A model generated the notes under the pieces. That model was not told the origin of the DNA. It saw nothing but the letters and a program-made list of their open reading frames with translations, and made no database searches. A stretch of 64,000 nucleotides of DNA from positions 372,001 through 436,000 of the forward strand of contig CBFFRQ010000066.1 of NCBI GenBank assembly GCA_965644315.1. Direction: 5' to 3'. The stretch comes from Caecitellus pseudoparvulus. Its lineage: Eukaryota; Protista; Bigyra: Bicosoecida. Positions 1 through 15,000 of the stretch are shown in pieces. Numbering within the stretch: the first letter of the stretch is position 1; every line of letters starts with the position of its first letter. A program made the translations under genes and the position numbers.

Positions 1-1
1 A

Positions 2-3000
2 GCGTCCTGCTCGGCATCTAGCGAGGCAGCTTCCCTTTTGCAACATGTTGCAGCTGCACTCCGCGCGACTTGCGTGGACAACCTGGCCGGTGTTGTGACC
101 TTTGACACCCTGCGTTCTTCCGCACGCTTCCTTGAAGTCCACGAAACAGTCCAAGAAAGGCTGGGAGCAGCATCAGATGTCTTGCTCCTGGAGCTGCAAG
201 GCGCCCAAGAGAGTGACATCATTGATGTTGCACGGCCGGCTATGGAGGCAGCGGCTGCGGTTGCAACTCGCAGCGCAGACATGCTAGCAGTCGAACTTGA
301 AGAACGATTAGTGCTCCTCAACGAGGGAGTTCTTAGCAGCATTCCAAGGCCAGCTGAGTTGAGCCAGTTGGTTAATGTGATGCAGGGCATGCAAAGCACC
401 CTCCAGGATAGTGTACGAGCTGCAGCTGAGGCTGAAGCAGAGATGCAGCCAGTTCTAGACGATGCTGCCTTCGTGCTGCGCGCTTTGGCGACCACCGCAG
501 ATGACGCCTCCACCGTGTTCGACCAGCTAGATATGTTCTCAGACCTATTAGACACGTTGAATCACTTCTTGCAAGAAGCGCCGGTGCACGTGCGGTCGGT
601 TGAAGCAAACGCTGAGGAAGCACTCGCTGAAGTGCAAAGCTGGGCGCAAGATGCTCTCCAAATGGGAATCAGCGACCTTAGTACGCAGTTGACACTGGTG
701 GCTGGATCCATTGCACGTGAGATGGAGGCAAGCCTCGTTGTCGGGACTGAAGCACTGCTCGAGGCAGGCGAAGGGATGGCTGCCAACGGCTCTCTCCACT
801 TGCCCTCGTCGCCATTCAGCGCGATGTCCACCGTAGCTACTGCTGCCCATCAAAACCTTCTGGACACTCTGTTTGAAGGTGACTGCAGCCGATTTGACAC
901 CTTCTCCAAGATCGTCGGCAGCCTTGCAGGAGTCGCAACAACGACAGATGAACCAGCAGTTCGCCAGGCAGCTCTGGAAGCCACCGGCGCTCTTCAGGGC
1001 ATTTCACGGCATGCGATTGGAGTTCGTCACTTCTCTTCGCGCACAAACACGTCAGCTGAGCGATACATGCAGTTTGCTCAGCATGTGCCTGCTCTCCTTG
1101 CCGAGCTTGACGGCATTCAAGCGTCGGCAAGCGTTTTGGACACCGCCTTCGTTCAGACCCTGCAGCACGCCGCGGCTCAGTGGGCCAAACGCATTCCTGC
1201 CTCGCTCCAGAAGCTTGCTGCGTCAGCACAAGGTGCAGCTGGCTCAGCTCGCGAAGCCCTCATTCCATCCGTTGCTACCGTTGCCGAAGCCGTGTCCCGA
1301 CACGCTGATTCGTTGGACTCACAACTCACACAGGCAAAGAGCGGCCGAGAAGTTGTATCTGTCATGTATCAGACAATTGACTTGTTGCAGGACGAGCTTG
1401 ACTCCATCTCTCAATCCCTTTCCCAGCTCACCTCGGCAGCCGAGGAATCATCGCGAGCACTGCAGAGCATGAGCCCCATCCTGCAGTTGGTGAATGGAGC
1501 GAGTCCGTTGATGTCAGAGTTCAACGATCTGCAGCAGCAAGCATTGAGCGTGTCTGCTGCCCTTCCCAGCATGCTTCGGACGTATGCCTCGCAGTCATGC
1601 GTTGAGGGCGCTTTGTGCATCCGCACGGCGATGAACGGGCAGCTTGGAGAGCTGCACGACGTAGTCACTCGCATCAGCGACGGAGTGGTTGGCAGCAACG
1701 CGCTGCTACGGGGCATTAATAACCTCCTTCCCCCATCTCTTGAAGCCGCTGCTGCGGCGTCGGAAATGCTCAACGGAGTTGCACAGGCGGTGCAGCATCA
1801 TGCGGTCGAAGGCCCGCTCGGCGCAAAAGGTGCCATGCGATCAGCCGCAGTGGCTGCCATCTCAAGCGCTTCCAAGCTCACTGAAGTAAGTGACACTGTT
1901 GGTGGTTTCTTGCTGCGAGCATCAGCTGCCGTCCATGAATACGGCCGCATCGGCCCGTCTGTTGCCCACGACCTCACCATCATTGCTGAGTCAGGCTGGG
2001 TTCCAGACGCTCTACAAGCGAACTCTGCTGCACTCCGAGTCGCCCTGGCAGACGGCGTGGATCAAATCGAGCACATCGAGTTGTTTGTTCTGCCTGCCAT
2101 GCAAAGCTTCCAAGCCTGGAAGGCAAGTGCTGCTGCAGCGCTCCGCAAGGTGGTGCTGGACGACTTCATCCGCGTGCCAGCTCTTGCCGCAGCAGCTCTT
2201 CTTGCCGTCCCTGACATGAGCGATCTTGTCGTGGATGTACGCCAGAAGTCCGCTGTTTTGCAAGAGGCTGTAGGCGCTTTTGTCGTAACCCGCACGGCAG
2301 AGCTGACTCGGCCCAGCAGCCGAGCACAGCCCATGTCTTGTAGGAGTGGTGACTGCACACTCATGCATGACCCCGTCACCCTCAGGACTCCACTTTATGA
2401 TGGAGTGATTATAGGCACCATGACTCACTTCTGGTACGAGAACTTTGTTCCCATCAGCCCAGGCTGCCTCATTTTTGGCTACCCTTGCCGAGGTGACGAC
2501 TGGCGCCTTGAGTTGCCTGGTCTTCTGGAGGACTGGGTCCCGCAAGGCATCGAAGCTCTGAGCTACAAGCGACAGCTCATCTCCTACTATGGTGTTGGGA
2601 GCAACGCGCAGCGTCCTTCACTTTTCGTCGTCATGAACGATGACGAGGAAATTGAGTCCATCTTTGAGCTGTACCTTGCAAATGGGCAGCCGTACTATGG
2701 AACCGTAGCAGACGTCACCCATGCTGTGGATCCCAGGAAGGGTGACTATGACCTCTTGTGGACGTGCTCAGATCGCACTGACTGGAGCCGTGCCCAGCAT
2801 TCGAAGCATCGAGTTCCGCCTACGGCCAGGGAAGGCCACATCATTGCCTTCGACTTTGCGGAGCTTGAACGCAAACTTGGCAAGTCCCCACACGTCCAGC
2901 GCTTGACAGCCGTGACAGACCCTATTCCTGTTGATGTCAAGCCAAACTACTTGCACTATGAGCGACGTTCATTCTCAGAAAAGGACGAAACTGTGCTCTT

Positions 3001-6000
3001 TGTGGGCGAGTACTACGAGCCCGGCGAGCCTCCTCAACCCATGCGCGTGGCAGGCACCCCACGAAGGGCTAAGAGCCAGTCAGGCGTGCTGCACAGCGAG
3101 GGCCGCCCCGCCCCTGCACCTGTGCAAAATGCCACGTACGCTCCTGACAGATCGCGATCCCCATCTCTGGACCCTTACGCACACTCTTCTAAGTGGTCAT
3201 TCACTTTGGATGTCTCGGCGCACCACACTGTGGATGATGTTTACGACGACGAATTCTGCGCTCAAGGTGCTTATGGCGAGTACAGTAACGATTGGATGAA
3301 AGAAAGCACTGACAGTTTCGCTGACCCCGATCGCAACACAGCGTGGGAGCGCTGCCAGAAAGGCTGGTTGGTCGGCTACACTTTGGAGGACGACGGCATG
3401 CCCCGAGCCTTGCATGAAGACCTCTTCTATGACATCGATGAGGCCGAATGGGCTGAAGAAGCCACTCGCCTGGGCCAGGTTGCAGCTGAGCAAGGCGAAG
3501 CTGGCTCACAGCCTGCGGATCTGCTGAACGCTGATGCTGATACGTGTGGAGTGCCCGAGCCAGTTGTAGACTTGAGGGAGCTGGGTGAGCCAGCTCCAGG
3601 GTTCATCCCCCACACCCAGGCTCTGGCGCCAAACTTCATCATCAAAGTTGGGCCCCGAAAGAAGGGCTTCTTCTTGTTTGATCGACTTGGCTTCCGCAAC
3701 ATGGCCTTCTCCGAGTGCTCATTTGTGCAAGGGTACTCGACATGTGCCATTGTCTTCCATGAACTTGTGCAGGAAGAGAAGCTGTGCTACCTCGATCTCC
3801 CCGATCCTGCCGTAGAAGCTGTGATCGTTGACTGGCCAGTGTCTGGCGGGACGTGGATTCTGGTTGATTCGACTGCAAATGATGACACGATTGCAAACAG
3901 GGCACCTGCAGGCGGCCGAGCTCCCACGAGCAACGCACCTCGGGAAAAGGCTGACTTCCCGCCACTCATCCCAGCAGGCAAGCCCACCGGCCAAGAGGAG
4001 GAGGAGAAGGGCACAACTTTGATCAAGATGAAAGCCCCTGCAGGCTTGGAATCCCTCACTTATTACGAAGACTTTGGGGTGATCTTCTTCATGGCACTGA
4101 CTTCCTCGGGAGCAGGGGCACACTTTCAGCGCGTGCAAGACATTGGTGGCATCGTTGACGATTCCGCGTACAAGCTGACTGTCCCCGCGGTGCGGAACTT
4201 GAGTCCAACGACTGTTGAGAACATTGTCTTCTTCCGAACTCGTCAGGATCGCGAACCCTTCTTCATGGTGAGCTGGCTGGGGCCAAGGTGCATTGTGAAC
4301 TTGGACGCGGACTTTTGCGAGGAGGTCAAGTTCAGGTTCCCTAAAATTTGGTTCAACAGGCGACTACAACAAAGGCAGGGGCGGAATCTCGGCGCAGACT
4401 CTGATGCCATTGTTGTTGACATGAGCCCGCTGACCCACAGTGAGCGAGACCTTCGTGTGGCAGGGCTGGAACCAGTTCATGCACTTAGCAAGGTGCTCGC
4501 AGCTAACAGCATCCAAGACGGCACAGCACCAGACATCTGGATCCGAGACACGTCCGGCCGACTGCTCTCAGTTGCGCCAGCACATTTGCTGCAGCAAGAG
4601 AACCTTCAGAATGCTTGGAAGCATACGGTGGGCATGAGTCACAAGCACCGAACCTTCTCTCAACCTCGGCAAGCACTCCACCCGAGAGATTCTGTAGGTC
4701 GCCAGATTCAAGAGAGCAAGTACTTTACGACAGACCCCCTGGCAGCAAGGAGACAACTCTTTTGCGATGACACGACAACGTCATCCGACCCATTTGCGGC
4801 GCTCGCAACGGACGATGGCAGCTTGGTGGCTGGGGCCGCAGACGTTCCTGACTTCTGCCTTTCCTCTTACAGCACGTTGGGAACTCACACCCAGAATATT
4901 CTGACGATTCCGATTCAAATCCCCTTCCCTTATGTTGCTATCGGATTTATCCTTACCACGGCCGTGGACATTCAGCTGGACTTGGCTGTGGCGGTATGTT
5001 TCCAGGAAAAAATGCTGCTGATTTCACCCATTCCTCTGGTTACACCGTGGGTAAGTTTTGCTGTGGAAGTTGGCCTGCGCCTCATCAAGCCGGGGCTGCG
5101 GGCGATTGTCCGAGTCGTCACTCTGGCCATCGTCCCAACAATGAGCATCGGGCTCACGCCAGGCGGTGGGCTGCGTGTGTGCTTGATGCTTGACCTCGGT
5201 TTACGTGGCCCGCGCGTGGACATCGAGGCGTACTTTACAACATTTCTGTGCATTGAGTGCAAATGCTGCCCCATCAAGATTGGGTTTGCCCGATTCCCCC
5301 GCTGCATTGTGGTTTGGTGCGACGAGCAAGTCATTCCCATCTTCAGCACGTACCCTCTCGGCAACACCTGGTATACTTGGCATCTCTTTACGATTTGCCT
5401 GTACAAACCAGACTCGACTGTTCCGGAACTTGATGACGCCTTTGTCTTGCCTCACCAAGACGACGAGCACACGGTGTCCATCAACTTTGGTGGCGCTTGG
5501 GATCCCCAGGCCCGCATCTACAGATACGCTGCGGCGCTAGGCACACGGCCGATGCGGCAGGATGTCTTCGCCTTTGCGACAGAGCGAGATGTCACGTCCT
5601 TCACTTTTGCGGGCGTGCAGTGTCCTGGAGAAGATGTGCTGACGTACGCAACTGTGGTCTTCATCAACGCGGAAAGCCTGGAAGCAGCCAAGTCGGTGCC
5701 ATTTGTGTGCGACGCAACAGGCCCTGAAGTATTTGACTTGCAAGTGTACGACGCATCCATTGACACATTTGTGCAAGCTTCCGACTTCCAGGTGATCAAC
5801 GCAACGAGCGCGCTGTACGTCAGGTTCAAGGTCGTGGAAAGGGCCCATACGTCTGGCATCACCATGGTGCAAATGGGCATTGGATCCGCGCCGGGCCTTG
5901 ACGATGTGAGTTTCTTCAAGGACATCGGGCATGAGCACAGTATGCAGAAGAAGGCCTCCTCATGGTACACAGCAGGTGCGACAGAGCTGGATCTCCAGCA

Positions 6001-9000
6001 CGGGCTGTACTACTGGGTCACGATTCGCACCGTGAACTCTCTCGGCATCCAAGCGTTCTACAGCTCACACCCGCTGTTTGTTGACCGAACGGGTTCAAGG
6101 GCTGTGTACATTGCAGAATCAGGTGGACTGCGGGGCTGGGGCTACAATGAGAATGTCACATTCTATGGGTCAGCATTCACAGTCGCTGTTGCCTGGGACG
6201 AATTCGAGGATGCGGAGGGGACGCGAACTGTGAAGTACGAGGTAAACCTTTACGATGTGGATGAGGACCGCATGGTGATTTCAGACAATTTTGGCCTCGC
6301 CCCACATGTTTCGGTAGGCTCCGCACAGAGTTTTCTCTTCCAGCTTCCTCCCTCGGATGCGTTGGTCGAGGGGCACACGTACCGCTGGAGCATCATTTCA
6401 CAGACGTCTGCTGGGGCCAAGCTCGAGTCACTTTCTGATGGCTTCGTGTCAGACCCATCACCAGTGAACGTGTTCTCACTATCTGAACGGAAAATCAAAG
6501 CAGACGTGGATTATGAGGCCTTGAGCAGGAACCCGGGAACTGCGCCGGTAAACGAGCCACAGCGCGTTCTCTTTGAGTCAGAAGTCAGCAAGCAAGATCT
6601 GGATTTCGTCTCTTCGTTGCCAGTGCTGCACGTCTCTTGGCAGAGCTGGGACGATTTGTCCGGAGTCGAGAGCCTTGTTGTTGGCGTGGGGCCGTCACCT
6701 GGGAGTGCGGATCTGTCCGGGTGGCGAACGCTGCAACCTGACCAGCAGGAGGTTGTCTTGCTCGGTGTCCCGGTGCTTGCGCACATGCCTCTCTTCGTCA
6801 CACTCCGTGCAACGAACGGCGCGCGGACAGAGAGGTGGTATGTCTCTGATGGCCTGGTCGTCGATGAGACACCACCTGTCATGGACAGGCAGTTCCGGTT
6901 CTTCGATTGTGATCCCACATCGCGTGCATGTAACATCTGGGCAGATGTTGATTTCCAAAGTGTCAACGCGTCCCTCATCTCGACATGGGCTTCTGGGTTC
7001 ATTGACCCGCACTCGTTCGTGGACCACTTCCAGGTGTTCCTTGGCACGCAACCGGTCACGGAAGCTGCACGTGACTGCCTTGACTTCATCGCACATTCAC
7101 GGGGACAGATTCCCCCGGCTGTGCTGGAGCAAGACCTCGACCTGGTCGCTCGAGTGAGTGATCCCTTGGCAGAAACTCGCTGCGGTGGCCTGCGGACGAA
7201 CGCATCGTTCTTTGATGTAGGAGGGCCAGTATTCCTGCCCTTTTCATCGTCCAGGTACAGGTGGAATAACTTCTCCCGACCCTTGGAGCATGGGCAGGTG
7301 TACTACACCACGATCCGTGCCGTGAACAAGGCTGGCCTGTCATCTTGGAGGAGTACAACTGGCGTCACAATTGACATCACCCCCCCGGATTCCGTCCTTG
7401 TTGTGGATGGCAACCCCGACCAAAGCTCGTTCCCCAATCGTCACCCGAACGCAACTCGTGGAGACATGCAGTATCAGCGAGAGAACCGGGCAGCCTTTGG
7501 TTCCTGGACCGCTTCCAACGACTCAGAGTCGGGCATTGCCCAGACTGTTGTGTTCATGAGGCATGCGCAGTCTCACATCGCTGTGAGTCGTGAGTTCCCC
7601 GTTCCCCCTGGACAGGCGCCTGCGAACTTGCAGGCTACGCTGCCAGTGGACCTTGAAGACATGCGCCAAGGTGAAGCGTACGAGTTTGCTGTGCGGGTCA
7701 CCAATCGAGCAGGCCTGTCCAGTCTCAGTGCATCTGATGGCGTCACCATTGACACTTCTCCGGCTGAAATCGAGTTTGTGCACCTCCTTGTGAACAGCAG
7801 CACCCCTGGTGTGGCAACGTCTCCTGATAACATGATTGGCTTGCAGTGGGCTGTTCGGGAACCGGACTCCGAGCTGCTGGCATGCAGGTTCTTCCTCGGC
7901 ACGCTCCCAGGGTCCGCAGACCTGTTGCCCGAGACCTTCGTCTTCCCCTACCAACTTGCTGCTCCTGCACCTGTAGCGGCACCGCCAGTGGATGGCTCGT
8001 CTCTGGCACCTTCTAGAGTGCCTAGTGCAGGTCTTGGGCCGCAAGCTGGGTTGGATGAAGCTACTGCCTTCCTGCGGTACGACTGGGGTTCTGCGCCACA
8101 GCAACGTGCCGTGCACTGGGCAACAGTGCCAGCTGGCATGTTCAAGGACGGGGTTTCCATCCATGCCACAGTTCGCTGCGAAACTCGCACGGGCGCAACA
8201 ACCTTCCGCAGCAGCGACAATTCCATCTTGGTGGATGTCACTCCTCCGCAGCCTGGCTTTGTCCGGGACGGTGAGCGTGGCCGTGTGGACATTGACTTCA
8301 CAAGCCTTCGGGACAGCCTTTTGGCCAACTGGGGCCAGTTCGAAGAGCATGGAAGTGGGCTTGAAACGTACTCTGTCTGTGTTGCTGGGGTTGGGGCAGA
8401 GGACCCGTGTGAGTTGCTGGGCCCGACGGATGTCGGGCTAGTGACGTCGGTGTTGATTGACTTGACCGCTGCTCCTCTGTCACGGCATGCGGCGTACACC
8501 GTCACCGTGATCGCAAGAGATTTTGCCGGGCACGAGACTGCTGTGGCATCTGATGGCGTTTTCGTGGATGACACTCCTGCTTGCGATGGCACTGCGTTCA
8601 TTTTGCACGGTTTCCCGGGTGACTCGAGCCTCGGCCAGCAACCGGAGTTTACCTCTCTCTCCAATCTCTTGCGCTTGCATTGGTTTGGGTTCAGAGACAA
8701 CCAGACAGGCATTGCAGAGTACACCGTGCATGTGGGCAGCGAACCTTTCGCAGATGACATCAAGCTTCCACGGTCTGTGGGGCCTGCACTTCAGGCTGCC
8801 GTGGTTGACATTGATCTGCAGCATCTGCAGACTGTCTGGCTGACCACAACGGCAGTGAACGCCATCGGCCTCAAGCACTCTGTCTCCTCCAGTTCCATGA
8901 CTTTCGACGCGACGGCCCCTCTCTGTTCTGCCCTGGATGGCCATATTCCTTCTGAGGACCTGGACTTTACACCGCGCTTTGTGCCGCACATTCAGTGGCA

Positions 9001-12000
9001 GGTCGACGACCCAGAGTCTGGCATCTTGCGGGTGGAGTGGGCTGTGGGCACTGCTCCAGGGCTGTCTGACCACATTGCATTCCAGGATGGCCCCACTGAG
9101 CGGTCAGCCATCGTATCGTATCCCGATATTGTGCTCCCTCCTGGACAACAGTTCTACACGACCGTGCGCGTCACAAATGGGGGAGGTGCTGTCACTGTGT
9201 GCTCCAGCGATGGCGTGATTGTTGACTTGACGAACCCAACAGTGCGCATGCCTCCCAGAGACGGGCCTTCCCTGGTTGATGCCGATGTGACTGCCAATGC
9301 GACGCACGTTCATGGCCGCACTGCATTCCAAGACCCCGAGAGTGGAATTTCTGAAGTGCGTGCCCGCGTGCTGCAGGTTCAAGGCGCAGGACCCAACGCT
9401 GTGGAAACTGAAGCTCACCCGTGGGAGACGCTGCACTCCTCAGCACTGGCTGGTGGTTTCGTTCTCTCACTAAGCTCACCACTGGCTCACTCTGCAGCGT
9501 ACGTCCTCGAGGTGTCTGCAACGAACGCGGTCGGGGGGAGCGTGACGGCCCGATCAGATGGCTTTGTGTTGGACGCAACGCCGCCCCAGTGCACGGAAGT
9601 CACGGATGGCCCAACGGCAGGTCAAGACATTGACTTGCAAGCTAGCCGCGGTGCTATCGCCGCCTGTTGGTCGTGTGACGATGACATGTCCCCCATTGTC
9701 CGGCATGAGATGCGTGTGCTGGCTCGACCTGCGAGCAACCAGTCTGCTCAATGGAGCCCTGTCAACGCTTGGAGGTCAGTGGGGCGCTCAACGTGTGCAC
9801 GGGGAGCTGGATTTGATGTTACCACTGGGCTGCAGTATTCTGTTCAAGTAAGAGCATTCACAGAAGTTGCCGCCTCCGCCACGAAGCAAAGCGACGGAGT
9901 GGTGGTGGACTTGACGCCTCCCGTGCCAGGCAGCATAGCTGATGGCCCTCTTGCAGGGGATGGCGGGCAGGGACCAGACATTGACCTCGTCTCCTCGTCG
10001 CGGGGGCTTCAAGGAAGCTGGAGTGGGTGGGCGGATGTGGAGAGTGGCATCGCTGGGTACCAGTGTGGATTCGGGACGTCTCCAGGCTCGGACGACATAC
10101 AAGAGTTCAGGGACGTGCCTGTTCGGTCTGAAGCGGCGGAGCAAGCAGTCTACACTTGCTCTGCTGATGTGCCCTTGCAGCTGTCCCAGCCGTACCACAT
10201 GACAGTGCTGGCTACAAACTTCGTTGGCTTGCAGGCTGCAGCTTCTACTGACGGAGTGCGGTCAGACACTACCAGTCCCCTGTCTGACGCCACGCGCACG
10301 CCCCAGTTCATTCCAACAGTGGCCTTGCCCGGCGACCTTCGTGCACAGGATACTTGGCCTGAGATTGTCTCAGGAGCTGACATCTTTGTTCCCGTGAGCA
10401 CCTTTTTCGACCCCGAGAGTTCGCTGGAGACCGTGCAAGTGACGCTGCGCTGGGTCCCTGGTCCTGATAGCCCTGATGCACTGCGCAGACAAGAAATCAT
10501 CGGGAGCAGGACGCTTCCCGCGCGGTTTGGTCTGCCCAAGGCTGTTTTCAGGAATGTCACTGTCTACGACGGCGAGCGGTTGCAAGCTGTTGCCACAGCG
10601 ACAAACCCGCTAGGCATGGTTTCCCAGCCTGCTGTGTCTGTCCCCGGTACTGTCGATACCCGCACCATCACCCCCGGCATTGTGAAGGACGGATTCTGCG
10701 AGGAAGGCTCAGCGGCATGCCCTGACGTCGACCTCCTCCCTTTCGATGACAGCATTGGAGCTTTTTGGACTGGATTTGTTGACGCGAGGTTTGAGGCGAA
10801 CGACCTTGTGTACACATGGTGTGCGTCCAGTGCAGCCCCAAGTGCGCCCTCTGAAGCTCCAGTGTGTGACGTTGTTGCTCGCCACGAAGTGGGTCCCCGA
10901 ACATCAGCCGCTCGGCAAGCTTCCCTGTCTCTGCCGCACGGAAGCCGCGTGTTCGTTACGGTGGAGGCGACGAACCCCCTGGACCAAACTGTGCGCTCCA
11001 CATCTGACGGTATTGTGTTCGATCCTTCACCACCTGCCATCCTTGACATTGCTATTGTGGAGGCGGCAGGCAGTGAGCATGCTCCATGGTTGAAGTCTAC
11101 TTCGCGGCTGGCCATTGCCGTGAATGTGAGTGAACCAGAGTCAGAAGTGGCTTGCTCTGCATCCCTGGGCCCAGCTGCTGGTCTAGCGACTCTAGCTAGC
11201 TCGGCGGACCTCGTGCTCTCCGGTACGAGCGGCGGCATGTTGACTGGGCGGCTGAGCGTCGGGAACCTGTCCTTGCCTCTCGGCTCAGCCTTGGTTGCGA
11301 CCGTGTCATGTGAAAACACGGCAGGATTGGTGTCTACGGGCTCCTCCCCACCGAGCATTGTCGACACTTCTCCGCCAGAGGCAGGCATCGTGGCGGCTAC
11401 TCTCGACCCTATCACGCAAGTCCCTGCAGACAGCTGGACCGAGCAGAACCAAATGGCGGCCTTTTGGACTGGCTTCCGAGACCAGGAGAGCGACACTGTG
11501 GCATACTCGTGGTTTATTGGCTCAGTCGCTGGTGGCGCAGACCTGCTGGTGCAAACGCCTGTTGGCCTTGATCGTGATGCTTCAGCCTCAGGACTGAGCC
11601 TGACTGACGGGGAAGTCATCTTCATCAGTGTCACTGCAACCAACGGCGCTGGTATGTCAACAACCTCCACCAGCTCGCCAATATTCGTGGATGCCAGCCC
11701 CGCCGTTGTTGACGGTGGCGCAGTGATGGACTCACCACAGTTTCCCAGCGACGAGAGCGTGAGCAACGAGCATCGTCAGCTGACCATGGCTTGGGACTTG
11801 GCAGCATTTACAGACCCGCATTCTGGCGTTTCAGGATTCAAGGTGGCTTGGTTCACTTCTCAGGCTTGGGGAGCTCCCGTGACTGAAGTGGTCAGCGTCG
11901 CCCCAGATCAGGCAACATGGACCGCTTCGGGACTTGACTTGGCCCCCGGGACTTACTACGCCGGTGTGATTGCTGTGAACGGTGTGGGCCTCGAGTCCCT

Positions 12001-15000
12001 GCCGGTTTTCTCTGACGGCATCATCATTGATACCACCCCGCCAGTCTTGGCATCCTCTCCCACCGTTACCCCCAACACTTCTGGTGCTGCATTCCCAACT
12101 CCGCTGCTGGTTGCTTGGGATGCCGCCGTGCATGACCCTGAAAGTGGCATTGCCGGTGCTCAGTGGGCAGTGTGCGAATCCCTCCCTGTTGCGGACAGTC
12201 TCATTATTCAAGCCAGCGGTGAAGATGGCGGCATCACCACCGTTCGAGTTCAGGACGCCGAGGCGCCCATGTCAGCTGGCTCTGCAAACGCCGTGGAGGG
12301 CGCCCCATCTTCACCACTTCTGGGCACTGAAGTGCTTGTGACTCTACCTGCAGGCACAGTGAATGATGCGCACAGTGCTGGCACCACGCAGCGCAGGTGC
12401 GCGTTGCCGTGGAGCCAGCTCTCTGACCCGGCAGCGGGCTCCCTTCTCCTCGACTCGCTGCCTTTGCGAGATGGTGTTGCGTACTCAGCTTTGCTCAGGT
12501 ACAAGAATGTCGCTGGCCAGGTTGCAACCATTGCCTCAGACTCCTTTTCTGTGGATGCTTCACCGCCCGTCCCGGTCGTTGTCAAGGATGGGTTGCTCGC
12601 AAGTGATGTGGAGCTGAGCAAGTCTTGGGCTGCCGTTTCTGCATCATGGCATGCCTTTGAAGAGCCCCACTCTGCCATGCGGGAGTATGAGTGGTGTGTG
12701 GGCACGCAGCCGGGCTTGGGGGACGTGCTGCCGTGCACATCGACAGGTTTGCTGACACAGGCAAGTGCTGAAGTTGACCCCGCCGTCGTTGCTGCAGCCA
12801 ACATGCAGGATGTGCAGACTGCCTTGAATGGCAAGCGCGGTATGCGGTCATGGTATGTGACTGTTCGTGGCTGGAATGCTGCAGGCCTCGTTGCTGAGAT
12901 GTACTCCAACGGCGTTCGGGTGGACGCCATGCCCCCCGTAGCAGGGGTTGTTCTTGATACCACCGGCCCTGGCCAAACAGAAGATGTGGCGAGTCAAACG
13001 GACTCCACCAGCATTCACACCAGCTGGGAGGGTTTCGATGATCTCGGGTCGGGCATCGCCTCGTACACGTGGTGCGTGGGGGCAGTGTCCGGCTCCTGTG
13101 AGGCAGTGTCGGCACAAGACGTTGGGCTCAGCACACAAGCCAGTGCGGCCAACCTGGCCCTCGCAGATGGCGTGTACTTCAGCACTGTGACAGCTGTGGA
13201 TGCAGCTGGGAACACCGTCTCTGCGACGTCAAATGGTGTCCGTGTGGACACTGTGGCACCTGAAGTCACATTCGTGCGGGCCACGCTGGAAGGGGGTGCT
13301 GCACTCGCGCCTGGCAGCTCCGTGTTCGTGACTCGCTCAGCAAACGGTGTTCTCGTTGAGTGGGGGTCTTCTGAGGCTGGCTCGGTCGCCGTTGCCGTCT
13401 GCGGCATTGACCCAACATCGGAAGATGCTGCATGTGCTCTGCGCCCAGCTCAGGCGCCAACGGCAGCCTCCTTTGCTCGCTTCTCGGGCCTGACCTTCGT
13501 CAATGGGATTCAATACCACGCCTTCGTCCAAGTAACCGATGAAGCTGGCCTTCAATCAGGGTGGAAGCAGTCACAGGAGCTGGTCTTTGTCGACTCCTCG
13601 CCTCCCGTGTCAGGAACGGCCACAGTCGTGAGCATGCTTCATGTGCAACACTGTGCCTTGTATGGGGCGGATGGCGGCATTGGTGAGAGTGCCCTGGGGG
13701 AGCCTGAGGGGGTGCTTGCTTTCGGCAACGCCGTCGTGGGGCCACACTGCGCTGATGAGGGTGTCATTGCGCCCACTCGCTCAGCAGCTGGGCCTGGCGT
13801 CACGGCAAGTGCTTGGCCTGTGCAAGTCAGCTGGGACGGATTCGTGGATGAAGAAAGCGGAATCGTGGGCTACACCGTGTGTCTGGGCTCTCTGCCAGGT
13901 TCAGACGACGCCATGGAGTGCGCCACTGTGGGTGCAACTGAGCACGTGCTGGCCGTTCACCATGATATGTTGCGGCCAGCTTTCGCCGGCTCAAAGCAGG
14001 CAACAACACTGTACGCGACCGTCACAGCTGCGAATCCGGTGGGCAATTCTTCAGTGGCTGTGAGTGACGTGCTTTATGTCGTTCCTCTGGGCCCTGACGC
14101 TGAGGAAGCCGTCGTTCAAGACGGGGCGCTGCTTGAGGACGCGGCATTCTACATCGCAAGCGGCGAAGTATCAGCTCGCTGGGGCGGCTTCAAGCTCAGG
14201 AGCGAAATGGAGCTTCCAGGAGAACACGCATGGAGGAACACTTTCATTTCGTACCTGGTCGGGTGGGGGACTGCGCCTGGTCTCACTGATGTTGTTGAGT
14301 TCCACAACGCTTCTGATGCTGACACTCTCACCGTTTCGGGCGTCGAGCTGGACCCGTACGGAGGGCAAGTCATTTACGCAACAGTACGGGCGTATGGTGC
14401 CCAAGGGGTCTTCTCAGCTGCAACTTCCGATGGCGCTCTCGTCGTGTCCACTCCTCCGGTTCCTCCTGCCAAGGTTCTTGCACTCGAGCTCCCCGGGAGC
14501 TTGAACACCAGTGCCGCAGACGTCGCCTCCGAAGTTGACTTGGGCACGACTGTTTCATCCGCGTTCCTTGCCAGAGACGATGGCTTGCTGCTTGTCTGGC
14601 AGGCCTTCGCGCGCGGAGATGCTGATGTTGTCAGCTACGAAGCTGCGGTGTGCCTTGCAAGCGCAGCGGAAGCGTGCATTGAGGGAATCGAGCAGGTCGA
14701 ATGGTACTCCACTGGGTCAGCCCGCCATGCTGCTTTGGCTGGCATGGACCTGGTGCCTGGGCTGCAGTATGTCGGCCTGGTCAGAGCAACAGACGCTGCA
14801 GGCATGACAAGCGACGTCCGAAGCCCAGTGTTCAGTGTGGACGTCTCCCCGGCAGTCAGTGAGGAGGCTGTTTCTGTCTACCAGCCCTTCGGCGGCTTCG
14901 CAGGTGACGCAGCCAGTAACTTGCCCGATTTTGTTGCCGAGATCGTGGCCGAAGAAACAGCAGCAGTCACATTCGCAGGTCTGTCAGGGGCCCTTGTCTC

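Noticed and set aside
7450-7470. RGD motifs in the giant protein (here and near 2490 and 14615)
   Set aside because: A few RGD tripeptides in >7,400 aa are compatible with chance.
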